The notes under the pieces: model-generated | Seen by the model: only the letters and a program-made list of their open reading frames with translations | Database searches by the model: none | What the model was told of the DNA's origin: nothing | Program-made: the position numbers and the translations under genes | Part shown: positions 36,027-47,821 of the stretch, in pieces | How positions within the stretch are numbered: the first letter of the stretch is position 1 | Layout of the letters: each line of letters begins with the position of its first letter | DNA from: Alloascoidea hylecoeti | Lineage: Eukaryota | DNA: 64,000 nt | Assembly: GCA_001600815.1 (NCBI GenBank) | Contig: BCKZ01000026.1 | Span: forward strand, 62,001-126,000 | Reading direction: 5' to 3'

Positions 36027-37952
36027 ATGAAACTATTAATCAAGAGAATCCCTTCTTTGGCTTTAGCTTCAAGAGTATGTGCTAGACGAGCTATTATCCC
36101 TCCAGCTTTAGTCTGCTCATCCCGTTTTATTTCAACAAATATATCTAAATCACCATTTTTATCTACAAATATATCTTCTAGATTCTTATCATCTACTGCT
36201 GAAGGATCAAATGCAGTTTCTGAAGAACCAAAAACAAATATAGATTCTTCATCTTTTGATTCTCTACTAAATGAAAATTTAATTGATATTAAAATTGTTA
36301 ATGCAATTAAAGCATGTGGTTTTTCAAAAATGACTTCTGTTCAACAAAAAGCCATTCGTCCAATATTGAAACATGATGGAGGAATTGTTGCTCGTGCTAA
36401 AACAGGTACTGGTAAAACTTTAGCTTTTGGTATTCCAATTATGGAATCTGCTGTTGTTGCCCGTCGTAACTCTCCTGGTCATGTATTAAAAGGTCCTGAT
36501 AGTGTTATTATTGCTCCAACAAGAGATTTAGTTTTTCAAATTGCTGATGAACTTAAAAAAATTAAATCAAGAGATTCTGTTTTAAAAAGATTAAATATTG
36601 CAACTATTGTTGGTGGTGATAGCAAAGGTATGCAAGCAAGAAATGCTTTTGGTAGACAACCTGCTGATATAATTGTTGCAACTCCTGGTAGATTACTTGA
36701 TTTTCTTGAAAATGACAATGTTGGTAAATATTTTGCAAATGTTAAATATAAAGTATTAGATGAAGCTGATAGATTACTTGATATTGGCTTCAAACAAGAT
36801 TTAATAAGAATTGATGATTATATGAAAGAATTTCATGTTGATAATCAAGGTGCTGAATCTGGTTTTAGAACCTTATTATTTAGTGCAACAATTGATCAAA
36901 ATGTTAAGTCATTTGCAAAAGATCTAATGGGTAAATCTTATTTATATGTTGATACAGTTGATAAAAATGAACCAGAAACTCATCATTTGGTTAATCAACA
37001 ATTAATAAATACTGATTCTTTTTATAGTTCAATTGTTGGAGCAATGCAATATATTTCAAAAGCATCATCTGAAGATAGAGATTTTAAAGCAATTGTTTTC
37101 TTACCAACCGTTAAATTAGTTGATATGTTTAATGGTACATTATCAAGATTTGTTCGAAAAACTCGTTTAAATTTAAGTCCTATAAGATTACATGGGAAAT
37201 TAAGTTTAAGTCAACGTCAAACTTCTGTTCGAAGATTTAAAGAAAATAAATCTGGTATATTAATTACAAGTGATGTTGCTGCAAGAGGTATGGATTTCCC
37301 ATTAGTTACTCATGTTATACAAATTGGTGTTAGTGATGATCCATCCACTTATGTTCATAAAATTGGTAGAACTGCTCGTGCAGGTCATTCTGGAAATTCA
37401 GTATTATTCCTTTCAAATAATGAAAAGGGTTATTCAAGAGCTTTGGCTTCTAGAGGAATTAATATTAAGACTGTTTCTAATCTAGAAATTGATCCGGAAG
37501 TTCAAGAAATTGTTGATGATGCCGTTTCAAGTGCTGATGGAGCAGAAGAACTGGCAGGTTCAGCTATTGGATTTTATAGTGGTTCTGTTAAAGCTTATGG
37601 ATTAAATAAGTATAGGATGTTAGAAGATATGTTGGAATTCCATCATAAATTAGGAAATGAAGGTAAACTTCGTCTTTCTCAAAAAGTATGGAGTCAAAAT
37701 CTTGGATTATCACGTCGTGAAGCAAATGAGTTTATCGAAGTAGGAGGAGGTGGTTACCGTAATGATTCATTTGGCTCAAGGGATTCTGATTCTCGAGGTT
37801 CCGGAAGTAATTATGGTCGTGGTAGTTATGGAAACAATTCAAATAGAAATCGTGGTGGTCAAGGAAATTCATACAAAGGTGGTAATCGTCGGAATAATAA
37901 TAGTGAAGGATACAATACAAAGTTTGATAAATTTTTGGATGATTCTTGGTAA
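36027..37952 (+). CDS. MSS116: Mitochondrial DEAD-box RNA helicase Mss116
   Basis: Arg/Ser-rich presequence, AKTGTGKT, PTRDL, DEAD, SAT, ARGMDF, HKIGRTAR, basic Gly/Asn/Arg tail. Confidence 0.9.
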   Translation: MKLLIKRIPSLALASRVCARRAIIPPALVCSSRFISTNISKSPFLSTNISSRFLSSTAEGSNAVSEEPKTNIDSSSFDSLLNENLIDIKIVNAIKACGFSKMTSVQQKAIRPILKHDGGIVARAKTGTGKTLAFGIPIMESAVVARRNSPGHVLKGPDSVIIAPTRDLVFQIADELKKIKSRDSVLKRLNIATIVGGDSKGMQARNAFGRQPADIIVATPGRLLDFLENDNVGKYFANVKYKVLDEADRLLDIGFKQDLIRIDDYMKEFHVDNQGAESGFRTLLFSATIDQNVKSFAKDLMGKSYLYVDTVDKNEPETHHLVNQQLINTDSFYSSIVGAMQYISKASSEDRDFKAIVFLPTVKLVDMFNGTLSRFVRKTRLNLSPIRLHGKLSLSQRQTSVRRFKENKSGILITSDVAARGMDFPLVTHVIQIGVSDDPSTYVHKIGRTARAGHSGNSVLFLSNNEKGYSRALASRGINIKTVSNLEIDPEVQEIVDDAVSSADGAEELAGSAIGFYSGSVKAYGLNKYRMLEDMLEFHHKLGNEGKLRLSQKVWSQNLGLSRREANEFIEVGGGGYRNDSFGSRDSDSRGSGSNYGRGSYGNNSNRNRGGQGNSYKGGNRRNNNSEGYNTKFDKFLDDSW

Positions 37953-38414
37953 TTATTTTAAAAATAAAATTGGAGTACAGGAGGACACACAAAAAAAAAA
38001 ACTCACTTTTCTATCTTACTTGACAATTTGATGCTTGTAAGAGAAATCATTAAATTTTATTATTAATATTATTTTTCTATCTTTTTGTCATTAATTTATT
38101 GATTTTTTTATGGATCGTATCTTATTGTCTGTTAGTTCACAGGTCATTCTACATGAGTATGTTTGAAAAAGTTATATTCCTTCTGTATATAAGTTGAGGT
38201 TTCTATTTTTCATTCCTTAGATCATTATGGATCATCATAGATCATTATCGGCTCTTAAGATTGTATATAGGTGCCAATATATATTAATATGAATTATATG
38301 AAAATTTGAAACTTTTCAAGGTCAGTAGTGTAGTAGTGTAGTAGTTACCCTGCATTCGAGCAGATTTGAGACTGAAATGGGCGCACTTTCAACGAGGAGC
38401 TTCCGAGTATTTTT

Positions 38415-40547
38415 ATGGGTGAAATAAACTCCTTTGGACCTTCTCTCCCTCTTTCCGACAATCGAGGATCCCCGGCGACCCACACTGCGAGCCCTCGTTC
38501 CAATTTCCACAACCCTCTGCTACAGGCACCCCCCATCGTCCCGCGGTCCTTACACTCTCGGATGGGCAGAAAGCGGGCAAACTCTAGATCCTCAGGCACA
38601 AATGGTTCCAACAGCCATACTGGGGGCCCTCTAGACGGCCCTTCCTCCGCCCCGTTGAACCTCCTTCTACCTCCCCCGCTGCCATTACCTCTCCCTCAGC
38701 ATCTGCCAAATCACCAACCCTCCCTGCCTGCCAATTTTATCACTCCTTCAAACTCTGCTTCAAGCTCTTCAAGCTCTGTTTCAACCTCTTCTTCGAGCTC
38801 TTTAAATCCATCTCGTCCTCCCGTGACCTCCCTACCTATTCCTATTAGTCAGAAACGGCAGAGAACTCCTTATGCTTATATGCTAAATTTGATTCCTCTC
38901 AACGACACTTTCGCTTCAAAATCTCTCACTGTTCCATATTTCCCTGATAAATTAAAGTTAGGCAGACAGACCAATGCAAAATCTCAACCTGCTCCTGATA
39001 ATGGTTTTTTTGATTCTAGAGTTTTATCTCGCCAACATGCTGAAATCTTCATTGATCCAACTTCTGGTATATTATACATTAAAGACACTAAATCTTCAAA
39101 TGGAACTTATATAAATGGTAAAAGATTAAGTCCTGATAATTGTGAAAGTGACGCACTTCCTGTTAATGAAGGTGATACTTTAGAATTAGGGATTGATATC
39201 AAAACTGAAGATGGTAAAGCTTTTGCTCATCGAAAAATAGCCGCTAGAGTTGATAAATTATGCTTGGTACCAATGATACAACAACAACCTCAACCTCAAT
39301 TGCAATTACAAACACAACCTTCACAAGGTTTATCACAGCCATCTCAGATTCAAGGACAAGGACAAGGACAAGCTCAAGGACAAGGACAAACTCAAGGACA
39401 AGGACAAACTCAAAATAGTCAATTACAAAATCAACAACTTATTCAAAATAAATCTACACAATTAGAACCATCCATAACGCTCCATGGAACTTCTAATGAA
39501 GCTCTTGATGCTGCACTTTTTGGAAATTCAGCTGTTATCTATGAAGATGTTTCATTAGGTATACCAATAAGCTCAGTTGCTGGTTTATTTATGAATTCAG
39601 GGATTGGTGCTGCTTCTGCAGTTGAATCAATAATTCGACAACTTTTAATGGAAACAACCCAAGCAAAAGTTGAAAATATGAAACTTAACTCTATTTCTGA
39701 TTTCTTAACACATTATAGAAGAAATCGAAAAGATTTAAATATTGATTTAATGAAACAACGTAAATTAGTACATTCCTTAACAAAAGATATTATTCAAAAA
39801 CAAAAACAATTAGAATCATTATCAAAAGATGTAACTGAATGGCATCAAAAATATGAAAATAAATTAAATGATATTTCAACTTTAACAATAAAATTAGCAA
39901 AACAAAAAAAAATTGTTAATGTAATGGAAGAAGATCAAAATAATTTAATATCACAATTAAAACAATATGAAAATAATAATAATACTAAAAATTATAAAAA
40001 TAAAAGCAATAAAAATAACAAGAATAATAAAAATGATAGTAATAATAATACTACAATTAATGACTCAAAACCTTTGAATGATAATAATTCAGATCTACCA
40101 CCTATATCACCTATTTCTTCATCTTCATCTTCAGCACCTTCATTAATACCACCGCATCGTACATCCACGATAATTACAGATCTAGAAACTACTAGATGTG
40201 AATTAGAATTACAAAAACAAAGAACAATCAATGCAGAACAAGTTGCTACAAGTTATGCTAAACAAAATGCTGCTTTAAAATGTATATTGGAAGAATTAGG
40301 TCATGATACTTCATCAATAAAACTTGGTCAAGATGATATTGAAAAATTGATTGAAAAAGATAAAGAAACAAAGGTAAAAGAAGAACAAATAATTGTAAAT
40401 AGGAATTCAGAACCAGAGACAATTGATGAAAAGAAAAAAATTGAAAGTATGAATGAGAATAATCGACAACGAGAAGTAATTACTTTTTCTGCAATTGGAA
40501 TTGCATTAGTAGGATTTGGTATCACTTGGGGTTTGCATAAAAGTTAG
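38415..40547 (+). CDS. VPS64: FHA-domain tail-anchored Far/STRIPAK subunit Vps64/Far9
   Basis: KLGRQTN...DNGFFDSRVLSRQHA...DTKSSNGTYING...LELGIDI FHA domain; coiled coil; C-terminal TM AIGIALVGFGITWGL; QG repeat near 39350-39412. Confidence 0.88.
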   Translation: MGEINSFGPSLPLSDNRGSPATHTASPRSNFHNPLLQAPPIVPRSLHSRMGRKRANSRSSGTNGSNSHTGGPLDGPSSAPLNLLLPPPLPLPLPQHLPNHQPSLPANFITPSNSASSSSSSVSTSSSSSLNPSRPPVTSLPIPISQKRQRTPYAYMLNLIPLNDTFASKSLTVPYFPDKLKLGRQTNAKSQPAPDNGFFDSRVLSRQHAEIFIDPTSGILYIKDTKSSNGTYINGKRLSPDNCESDALPVNEGDTLELGIDIKTEDGKAFAHRKIAARVDKLCLVPMIQQQPQPQLQLQTQPSQGLSQPSQIQGQGQGQAQGQGQTQGQGQTQNSQLQNQQLIQNKSTQLEPSITLHGTSNEALDAALFGNSAVIYEDVSLGIPISSVAGLFMNSGIGAASAVESIIRQLLMETTQAKVENMKLNSISDFLTHYRRNRKDLNIDLMKQRKLVHSLTKDIIQKQKQLESLSKDVTEWHQKYENKLNDISTLTIKLAKQKKIVNVMEEDQNNLISQLKQYENNNNTKNYKNKSNKNNKNNKNDSNNNTTINDSKPLNDNNSDLPPISPISSSSSSAPSLIPPHRTSTIITDLETTRCELELQKQRTINAEQVATSYAKQNAALKCILEELGHDTSSIKLGQDDIEKLIEKDKETKVKEEQIIVNRNSEPETIDEKKKIESMNENNRQREVITFSAIGIALVGFGITWGLHKS

Positions 40548-40763
40548 CATAATAACGATAGATTATACTCATTTTTTTTCACATTCACATTCACATTCAC
40601 ATTTACATTTACATTCATATTCATATTTACAATCATATCATATCATATCATAATTGCTTTTGTTTCATATATAATAATAATTGTAAGTAATTATATACTG
40701 CATCATGATGATTTTTTTAATTTTTCATCGATTTTTGTACATTTTATAATAGCTAATTATAAA

Positions 40764-41723
40764 CTAAACTAATGGATTACTTGCAATTGTGCTAGTATTA
40801 GTGGGGGTTTTCTTTCTCTTTCGAATTTCACGTAAATTTATTGGTGGCATTTTAATACCCATTTCTTCTCTAAATTCATTAATATTCTTTTCCATAATTT
40901 CCTCCCAATATACATTAATATAACTATGTTTCATATTATACCCCATATCAACTGCCCATGGAATTAAAATCTTCCATAAACGATCCCGTTGTTTAGGTTT
41001 CATATTAAACGGTTCAAGAAGAGTTCCTAATCCAGCAATTGGGATCCCCATGTTCCCCCATTCAATCGCTTTAACAGCAACTTCTGCTTCTAAATTAGTA
41101 GGCATATCAATAACAGCATGATAAAAATCATGACATTGACGATATCTTAAAAAAATATATGCTAATTCAGGATCTGAAATAAAACGAACTGGAAGTCTTG
41201 TATCTGGACTAACATGTTCTTTTGTAATCCAATCATAATAAATCCGACCAATGGTTCCTTCTGGTAATTGAGATATATATGATAAATTTAATGATTCTGA
41301 AGTCATGTTTGGTTTTTCACGTAATATACGACGACCAGTTTCATTTGAAAGCATGTTTGAACGAAGACGTTTAAGAATATATGGATGTGCACTTAGTTCT
41401 CCAAAATCGGCAATCATATCTAAAATACTATTATTATATGATATTTTTTGAAGAAATTGAAAAAAAAAAAACATACCTCCACGTTCTGGATGCAAATAAC
41501 ACATTAATGATGTTCCTAAAAACGCCATTGCGTGCTCTACTGGGTGTAATGGAACATGACCTGGGTAATTGGTCTCTGGACGTTGAAAATAAGTAGGTCT
41601 GTCCGCCTCACTACCATTACTGGTAAATGTACCCAAAAAGTTTGTTATGATACTCGGTGCAACTAAAGATGATTGAAATCCACGAGTAAATATTCTCGTT
41701 GAGGCCAATGGAATTTTAAGCAT
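40764..41723 (-). CDS. COQ4: Ubiquinone biosynthesis protein Coq4; intron 41476-41420 (300 aa spliced)
   Basis: RYRQCHDFYH...EAEVAVKAIEW (HDxxH-x11-E motif), VSPDTRLPV, INVYWEE. Removing GTATGT...TTTTAG yields PERGDMIADFGE. Confidence 0.92.
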   Translation of the reverse strand: MLKIPLASTRIFTRGFQSSLVAPSIITNFLGTFTSNGSEADRPTYFQRPETNYPGHVPLHPVEHAMAFLGTSLMCYLHPERGGMFFFFQFLQKISYNNSILDMIADFGELSAHPYILKRLRSNMLSNETGRRILREKPNMTSESLNLSYISQLPEGTIGRIYYDWITKEHVSPDTRLPVRFISDPELAYIFLRYRQCHDFYHAVIDMPTNLEAEVAVKAIEWGNMGIPIAGLGTLLEPFNMKPKQRDRLWKILIPWAVDMGYNMKHSYINVYWEEIMEKNINEFREEMGIKMPPINLREIRKRKKTPTNTSTIASNPLV

Positions 41724-41838
41724 GTCGAGTTGAAAATTTATGATTGTTGTAGTTGCAATTGGTTGAAGATCCAAATTTATTTGGAGGTTTCACACCATCA
41801 AGATCATCACGAAATATTTCACCTCCACCATTGAAGAC

Positions 41839-42940
41839 ATGACTACAGAATTATACCCCCCACCAACCAAAACCTTACCATCATTAATAGCCTCTGCAAA
41901 TGAATCCGAGACAGAATGGTTACTATTACATTTGTCGTCCCAAGTTCCCTCTTTGTTATCATTATTGAAAGATTGTCTTGGACGAATTGAGTCAAGTGCC
42001 AACACGGACCCCTATAATTTAGCAATGACAAGTACTCGTTCGGAAACTTTAAAAGGAATAATATCACGACATGGTACGCAAGTGACTAAAATGGATATAA
42101 TCGCTAGGTTAAAAGGTTTGGGGACAGAGCAATACAATATAAAATTGACAACAGATGGTAATATCGTTTTAACACAATTGGTCGATTGTGCTGGCTTCCT
42201 ACGAGAATCCATCGAAATTCTGGAAAATTTGAAGTTTGAGTACCTTCACGATGTTTTAAGGGTGAGTTGCATATATTTATAATCATAATGACTATTGTTA
42301 TTGACATATAAAACAGGATTTCAATTTGGCCTTATCTGCTGTTAGGACTAGCAAATCGTTATTATTACACCCCTCATCAGCCCAATTGTTCCCCAATCAT
42401 GAATTTGAGGCCTCACTTTTCGACCCACCGATGCCGGAGAATATTGTTTTAGATATGTTTATAAGAAACTCCAGCATTGCATTGGAACTTCGGACGCTTG
42501 ATAAAGTAACTGAGAAACCATGGTGCGTCATTGAAAATGGAGTGGGATATGCTGATAATTTAAGGATGCTTGGGGTCGAAACTAAGAATGTCTCGGATCC
42601 TATACGTGCTCCTCATGCTCTGGCTGATCATGATGACCATGATGACCATGGACACTTGAGTAATAATACACATCTACATAGACTTGTGCATCGTCCTTCA
42701 ACCACCCCTGGAGGAGGGTTTTTCAACCTATTGCTCCAACAACCTTCACAAAGACAGAAATACAACGATTACTTGGCATACTGCCAAACATACGCGAACC
42801 AAGTTGTCATGGTTATCGATGGTGTTTGTGTAGAAGGACAAGACCCTTATTTAATAAGTCTTAGTGCTAAGCTTAGTGGATTGGAGAGAATTCTAGATAA
42901 GTTGAAGAGGAAAGTGGAACTATTACTTCAAATATCATGA
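41839..42940 (+). CDS. RAV2: RAVE complex subunit Rav2 (Rogdi family); exons 41839-42261, 42317-42940 (348 aa)
   Basis: MTTELYPP, ETEWLL, SETLKGIISR, LTQL, QDPYLISLSAKLSGLE. A 55-nt GTGAGT...CAG intron joins the two ORFs in frame; divergent from COQ4 as in S. cerevisiae. Confidence 0.88.
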
Positions 42941-43381
42941 AATATAATTAGTTGTCGTTTTTTTTTTTTTGCTACTCCATATGTAAGAGTGAACAAACAG
43001 GGAAAGGATATGAAATGCTGTGAGACATCACAATCGAAAATGATAATAATTACATCTTTTATAAGTATACTTGTAACTGCGTGACGTTCAGTAAAAATGT
43101 TTCAGTAAAAGTGTTTGGTCCAAAGCAAATCCGCCTTCTGGTCTGGCTACCTTTTGGCCCGCTGGCATGCCTGTTGGCAGGCTGCCTGGTTGCGAATTGA
43201 AATATTATTAATTATACTTGAGAAAAAGCTCCCCATCTATTGCATATTATACAGTTAAAAATCCTTCATTTTCACAAACCTTCCTCTTTTTCTCTTTCTT
43301 AAAATTTTAAAATTCCAAAACAATTATAAATATTTAGCTCTTCTTTAAGAGATAATAAAAAAAAGAAAATATCCGTGGAAA

Positions 43382-45001
43382 ATGGCAGCTCCAAACTCCC
43401 CTTCTTTCGATACGAAAAGATTCCAATTAAAATCTTCTCCTATTCCCTCAACTCCTATTTATTTTTTTAAAGATCCGAACTTTTTGGAAATGATCCAGAT
43501 AAATGTTTGTGGTGACGACGAAAGCTTCGATGAATGTATTACGTGGGGTTTCCCGATTGTTGCCCCAGGTCAAATTACAAAGGACCAGACTCAATCTTTA
43601 GAATCCGGTTCCGGCATTAATACAGATCATAGTCGGGAATTGTCAAAATTAAACATAACAAGTAATTCTGGATCTCCAGTTACTCTACAATCCGAACCTA
43701 ACAGAAATATCGCAAGTGCTACTACAATATCAAGAGATGTGGATGAAAACATATTCTTTGATGATTATGAAGATACCCGGTCAAATTCAGTATACAGCAG
43801 TAATATGGTATCTCCTATATCACAAAAAGGTGATATACTAGACCTTTTTGGGGCTCTGAAATCTGGACCTAAAAAGTCAACTTTATCATCTCCTCCCCAA
43901 CAGCCGCTATCGTTATTAGGCAGATCGAAAACTGTAAAAGTCATCATTAAATTAAACAAGCCACGCTATTCTTTAAATAGCTTTGGAATGTTAGAAGCCA
44001 GAGCAATTACCGAAAAGAGTTTAAGTGTCGTCGAAACTAATGGGGATGCCCAAATATCACGAAAAAGGACAAAAGGAGGGAAATTGGAGATGAATATAGA
44101 TGAATTATTAGAGCATTTTTATGGGAAAAGAACCCGTGAACGAAACGAAAGCATGTCAAGTTTAAGCTCCAATAAAGTGTTTATGAATATCAAAAGTACC
44201 GTAGTACAAAGGCAAGATGTGGGTCTAGGCTTAGGCTTAGGCTTAACATTAGGATCTCCACCAAGTATGAGAAAAGTCAATTCTGGTACATCAATGGTTT
44301 CATTGAAACAAAAATCAGCATCATCAAAAAGCTCTAGCCAACCACAATTATCTACTTCATCTCCAACAGCTTTGTATATAAAAGATACGCGAACAAATAA
44401 TGAAGATTTTCCTTCAACTTCATCTTCATCATCCAATAATGTTTTTTACCCGCCACCTTCCCAAACAATAAGAACACGAGGGCGAGCCAACACAAATGAT
44501 TCCAAAATATCACAAACTTCATTGTTAACTTCATTTTCAATTCCAATATCGGCTAATATTTCTACCGATAGTCCGAAATCCTCCAAAACAGTCCCAACTC
44601 CAAACATACATTCTAAATCTCAACCCGATGTCTATTATCCTTCATCACACCAAGGTCAAGGGCATATCAATAAAAATAAACAATCTCGGCATCAAACCCA
44701 GTTAAAGTTAAAAACATCATCTACAGGAGATGAATCAAATACAAGCACAAATCATGTTCCTGCTGTAGGCCTTGCTATCACAACCCCCACAAATTGTAAT
44801 ACATCGTCATCACAATCAAGCGTATCAGGCTTATCTTTACCAATTGAAAAGAACCCTTCCACTGTTACTGATTCAGAAACTGAATCGCTGAATAGGCCAA
44901 AGGCTCGTCGCTCTCATAGTGTCCGACGTCGAAACAAACCTAAATCAAGTACGACTTCAAACTCAAACCCAAATTCAGCAACTGTTAACGACAAGAATTG
45001 A
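43382..45001 (+). CDS. Uncharacterised Ser/Thr-rich, largely disordered protein (539 aa)
   Basis: Long intact ORF; the N-terminal block YFFKDP...SFDECITWGFP is the only structured-looking motif. Confidence 0.75.
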   Translation: MAAPNSPSFDTKRFQLKSSPIPSTPIYFFKDPNFLEMIQINVCGDDESFDECITWGFPIVAPGQITKDQTQSLESGSGINTDHSRELSKLNITSNSGSPVTLQSEPNRNIASATTISRDVDENIFFDDYEDTRSNSVYSSNMVSPISQKGDILDLFGALKSGPKKSTLSSPPQQPLSLLGRSKTVKVIIKLNKPRYSLNSFGMLEARAITEKSLSVVETNGDAQISRKRTKGGKLEMNIDELLEHFYGKRTRERNESMSSLSSNKVFMNIKSTVVQRQDVGLGLGLGLTLGSPPSMRKVNSGTSMVSLKQKSASSKSSSQPQLSTSSPTALYIKDTRTNNEDFPSTSSSSSNNVFYPPPSQTIRTRGRANTNDSKISQTSLLTSFSIPISANISTDSPKSSKTVPTPNIHSKSQPDVYYPSSHQGQGHINKNKQSRHQTQLKLKTSSTGDESNTSTNHVPAVGLAITTPTNCNTSSSQSSVSGLSLPIEKNPSTVTDSETESLNRPKARRSHSVRRRNKPKSSTTSNSNPNSATVNDKN

Positions 45002-47821
45002 AAAAAAAAATCATTTAATTATTGTATTAATTGTTTGTATTCACTCCATATACTATATTTTACTTTTTTTTGATTGACTATATTTGGCCTTAAGATGTTT
45101 ATTTACATGTATAAGCTATTAATTCTATTGTTATGTTTCTTCTGCGGCAGCCATTTATTTACATTAATATAGGTTAAGTCTTATATATGATCTATTTGTA
45201 TATTGATATTGTTACATTATAACCACACTCTTCACATGAAAAGAAAACATAATCAAACCCGCACAAATTTAGATAATTTTTATTTCTTTTTATTTGCAAC
45301 ATTAAGAAAGCGTCACGTTGTGATTATTTAGCTATAGCTAACTAAATGTATGCATAGCCCTATAATTATAACATTGAAATAAACCCAATCATGATCATAG
45401 GATCATTAAACAATACAAATAGTACCAGTATGAGATTGAACCCTTGCTAGGCATGGACTTAAGCTTACTCATTGTATGTTCTAATTGATGCATTGAAATT
45501 TATTTAATTTTTAGTGGTCAATGCCAATGGTCATGACGAAGTACATGCAATAGATATTAAAATTTCCATTCAGTTTATTCGTTGTCAATGAAAAATTCTG
45601 ACAAAATAGATAAACTAGTAGAACTACAAAGCTGAAACAAAACAATGAGTTAATTAATATTAATATAAGTTCGAATCTGAATCTGAATCTGCTGTATGAA
45701 CATGAGTACCGACCGTTTTATGTCTAATTATATTTAAAAGCTTAAGTGAACACTATAATATACTAGCATTCAAACATTTACGTCATATAAATTTCTATTA
45801 GTTTCAAAAAAATTTAATGACCGGTAAGTTTTGAGTAATCCGTCGGAAAGATTATTGTTTTGCTTAGTCTACATAATACTACATACATACCAAACTCTAT
45901 CCACTTAAGCGATTATCAATATGGCTTGACTTAATACATGTTTCCTAAAGATTAGTTGAAAAACAATATAAGCTTATGCGTATAGGACTCGTACGATTTT
46001 GTTAATGGTACATAATACATATAAGGAAAGGCGATTTCAAAGAAGTACAAGTGAAATCAAGAGATCTAAATGTCTTGCTCTATTTTATATGGCATTTACC
46101 AGTATACGCAACATTAATATTGTATAATTATAACAAAATACAAGTCATTCTTAAACTTAATAACAAGAAAAGATCTAGAAGCTTATTCAAAATATCTTCA
46201 CTATTTCTAATTTTCTACATAGATCTAAAGGTATAGATTGAAATTTAAATAGAATATCTGACATAAGATTATTTAAAATATTATAGAAAATTAGTTGATA
46301 TAATAAATTTTGACATCGACCATGCCCTAAATTAAAATATAAAATTAAAAATGATTATAATTAATATTGTTTTGGCAATTGCACCTCTTAAGCTTTCACT
46401 AATATTTCAAATTTATAAATGTTTACTTTTACTTTTAAAGAGATATTTGCCTTATATTCTCATATATAGGCTATATATAATATCAAGTATAACATAGGAG
46501 CTGTTAAAAAGATTCAGAACCACCATATATTTAAATTAGCGGTGAGAATTATTTTAATTTCAGTAAAACTTCGATCTGAATGTATTTCCTGCAGCTAGCC
46601 ATATTTTCTTCATTGTTTGAATTTGTTTCCAAGGAGTGATATCAATAATAATACACTCATTATGCCACTAAATATTCAGCCATTTCTTCCGCTTTATACT
46701 ATGTCATAGTTGGAGAGTTTGGGATCGAGTATAACTTCATAAAAATACCACTGGATAATTAGGTGAACTTATGTAAAAGACACATGTATAAGAGTATTAT
46801 AAGTAGAGTTTTGCAAATAGAAACTAGAACTTTTTAAATGCAAAGAAAAAAAACAATATCAATCAGATTATAAACACAAAAATAAAATAAAATAAATATC
46901 AATAAATTTTATAGTGAAAATTATATCTATAAAATTGCTTGCAATTAAATATAGCTCTCGATATTTCCGTTAATATAAATTTAGCGTTAGCTCCGGATCC
47001 TTCTGCAGCCAGAAATCACCACCAATGTCGTTCATCTTATTTTTATTTTGGATTTTTTAATGACATTTACAACAGCACAGTTATTAACTCATTTAATTGA
47101 ATTTGAATTTGAATTTAAAACTATATATGAAACTAGCTGTTTTAACAAAAGCTTCTATTCCTTGAACTAATGTGTTTTATTTTGTTTTGTTTCACCACTA
47201 GCAATATTTATATCTGTGGTTTTAAACTTAAGCCTTTAATAGTTCATTGTATTATATAACTGAACGAAGGAAAATTTAAATGAAAGCTATATGAATCTAT
47301 TGATTCTAATTCTTCAAATAGATCTTAAAGGTCGCGAATCATATACCAGTGTAATCGAAGATGCAGCAGCTTCCAATACACCAAATTTAAACAAGGTATA
47401 AGTTTTATCTTAGATAATTAATAATTATATAGGCTATATTACAAATATATATAAAACCTTAAGCTTGCCTTTAAATACTTTATATTCTTGGAAATTCCGC
47501 TTCAGGCACAAAGACACGATCCAATTGCAAGTAGGTTTTGTGAATATGTCCATGGAAATGTTACAACAATATTAATATTGATATTTCCTTCTCATTTGCT
47601 GCCATGTTTGAGAATTTATCTGTGAATATTGGGGAAAAGAAATTTTCGAATTGTTAATAAATAACTATCATTAAGGTTAATTATAAGTCGAGCAGAGGTT
47701 ACCCACAAACAGGAAGATTCTAGAGAAGTTCACACACACTTTTTTCCTTCCACTTATAAAAACTCTTAATATTATTGATAACCGCAATTAAGTAAACAAC
47801 AACCATTTAAACTTTTGCAAT

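Noticed and set aside
37354..37380. Mss116 motif VI HKIGRTAR rather than HRIGRTAR
   Set aside because: Single conservative substitution; other helicase motifs intact.
40580..40650. (CACATT)n/(CATAT)n tract considered as telomere-like
   Set aside because: Short degenerate microsatellite between convergent VPS64 and COQ4 3' ends.
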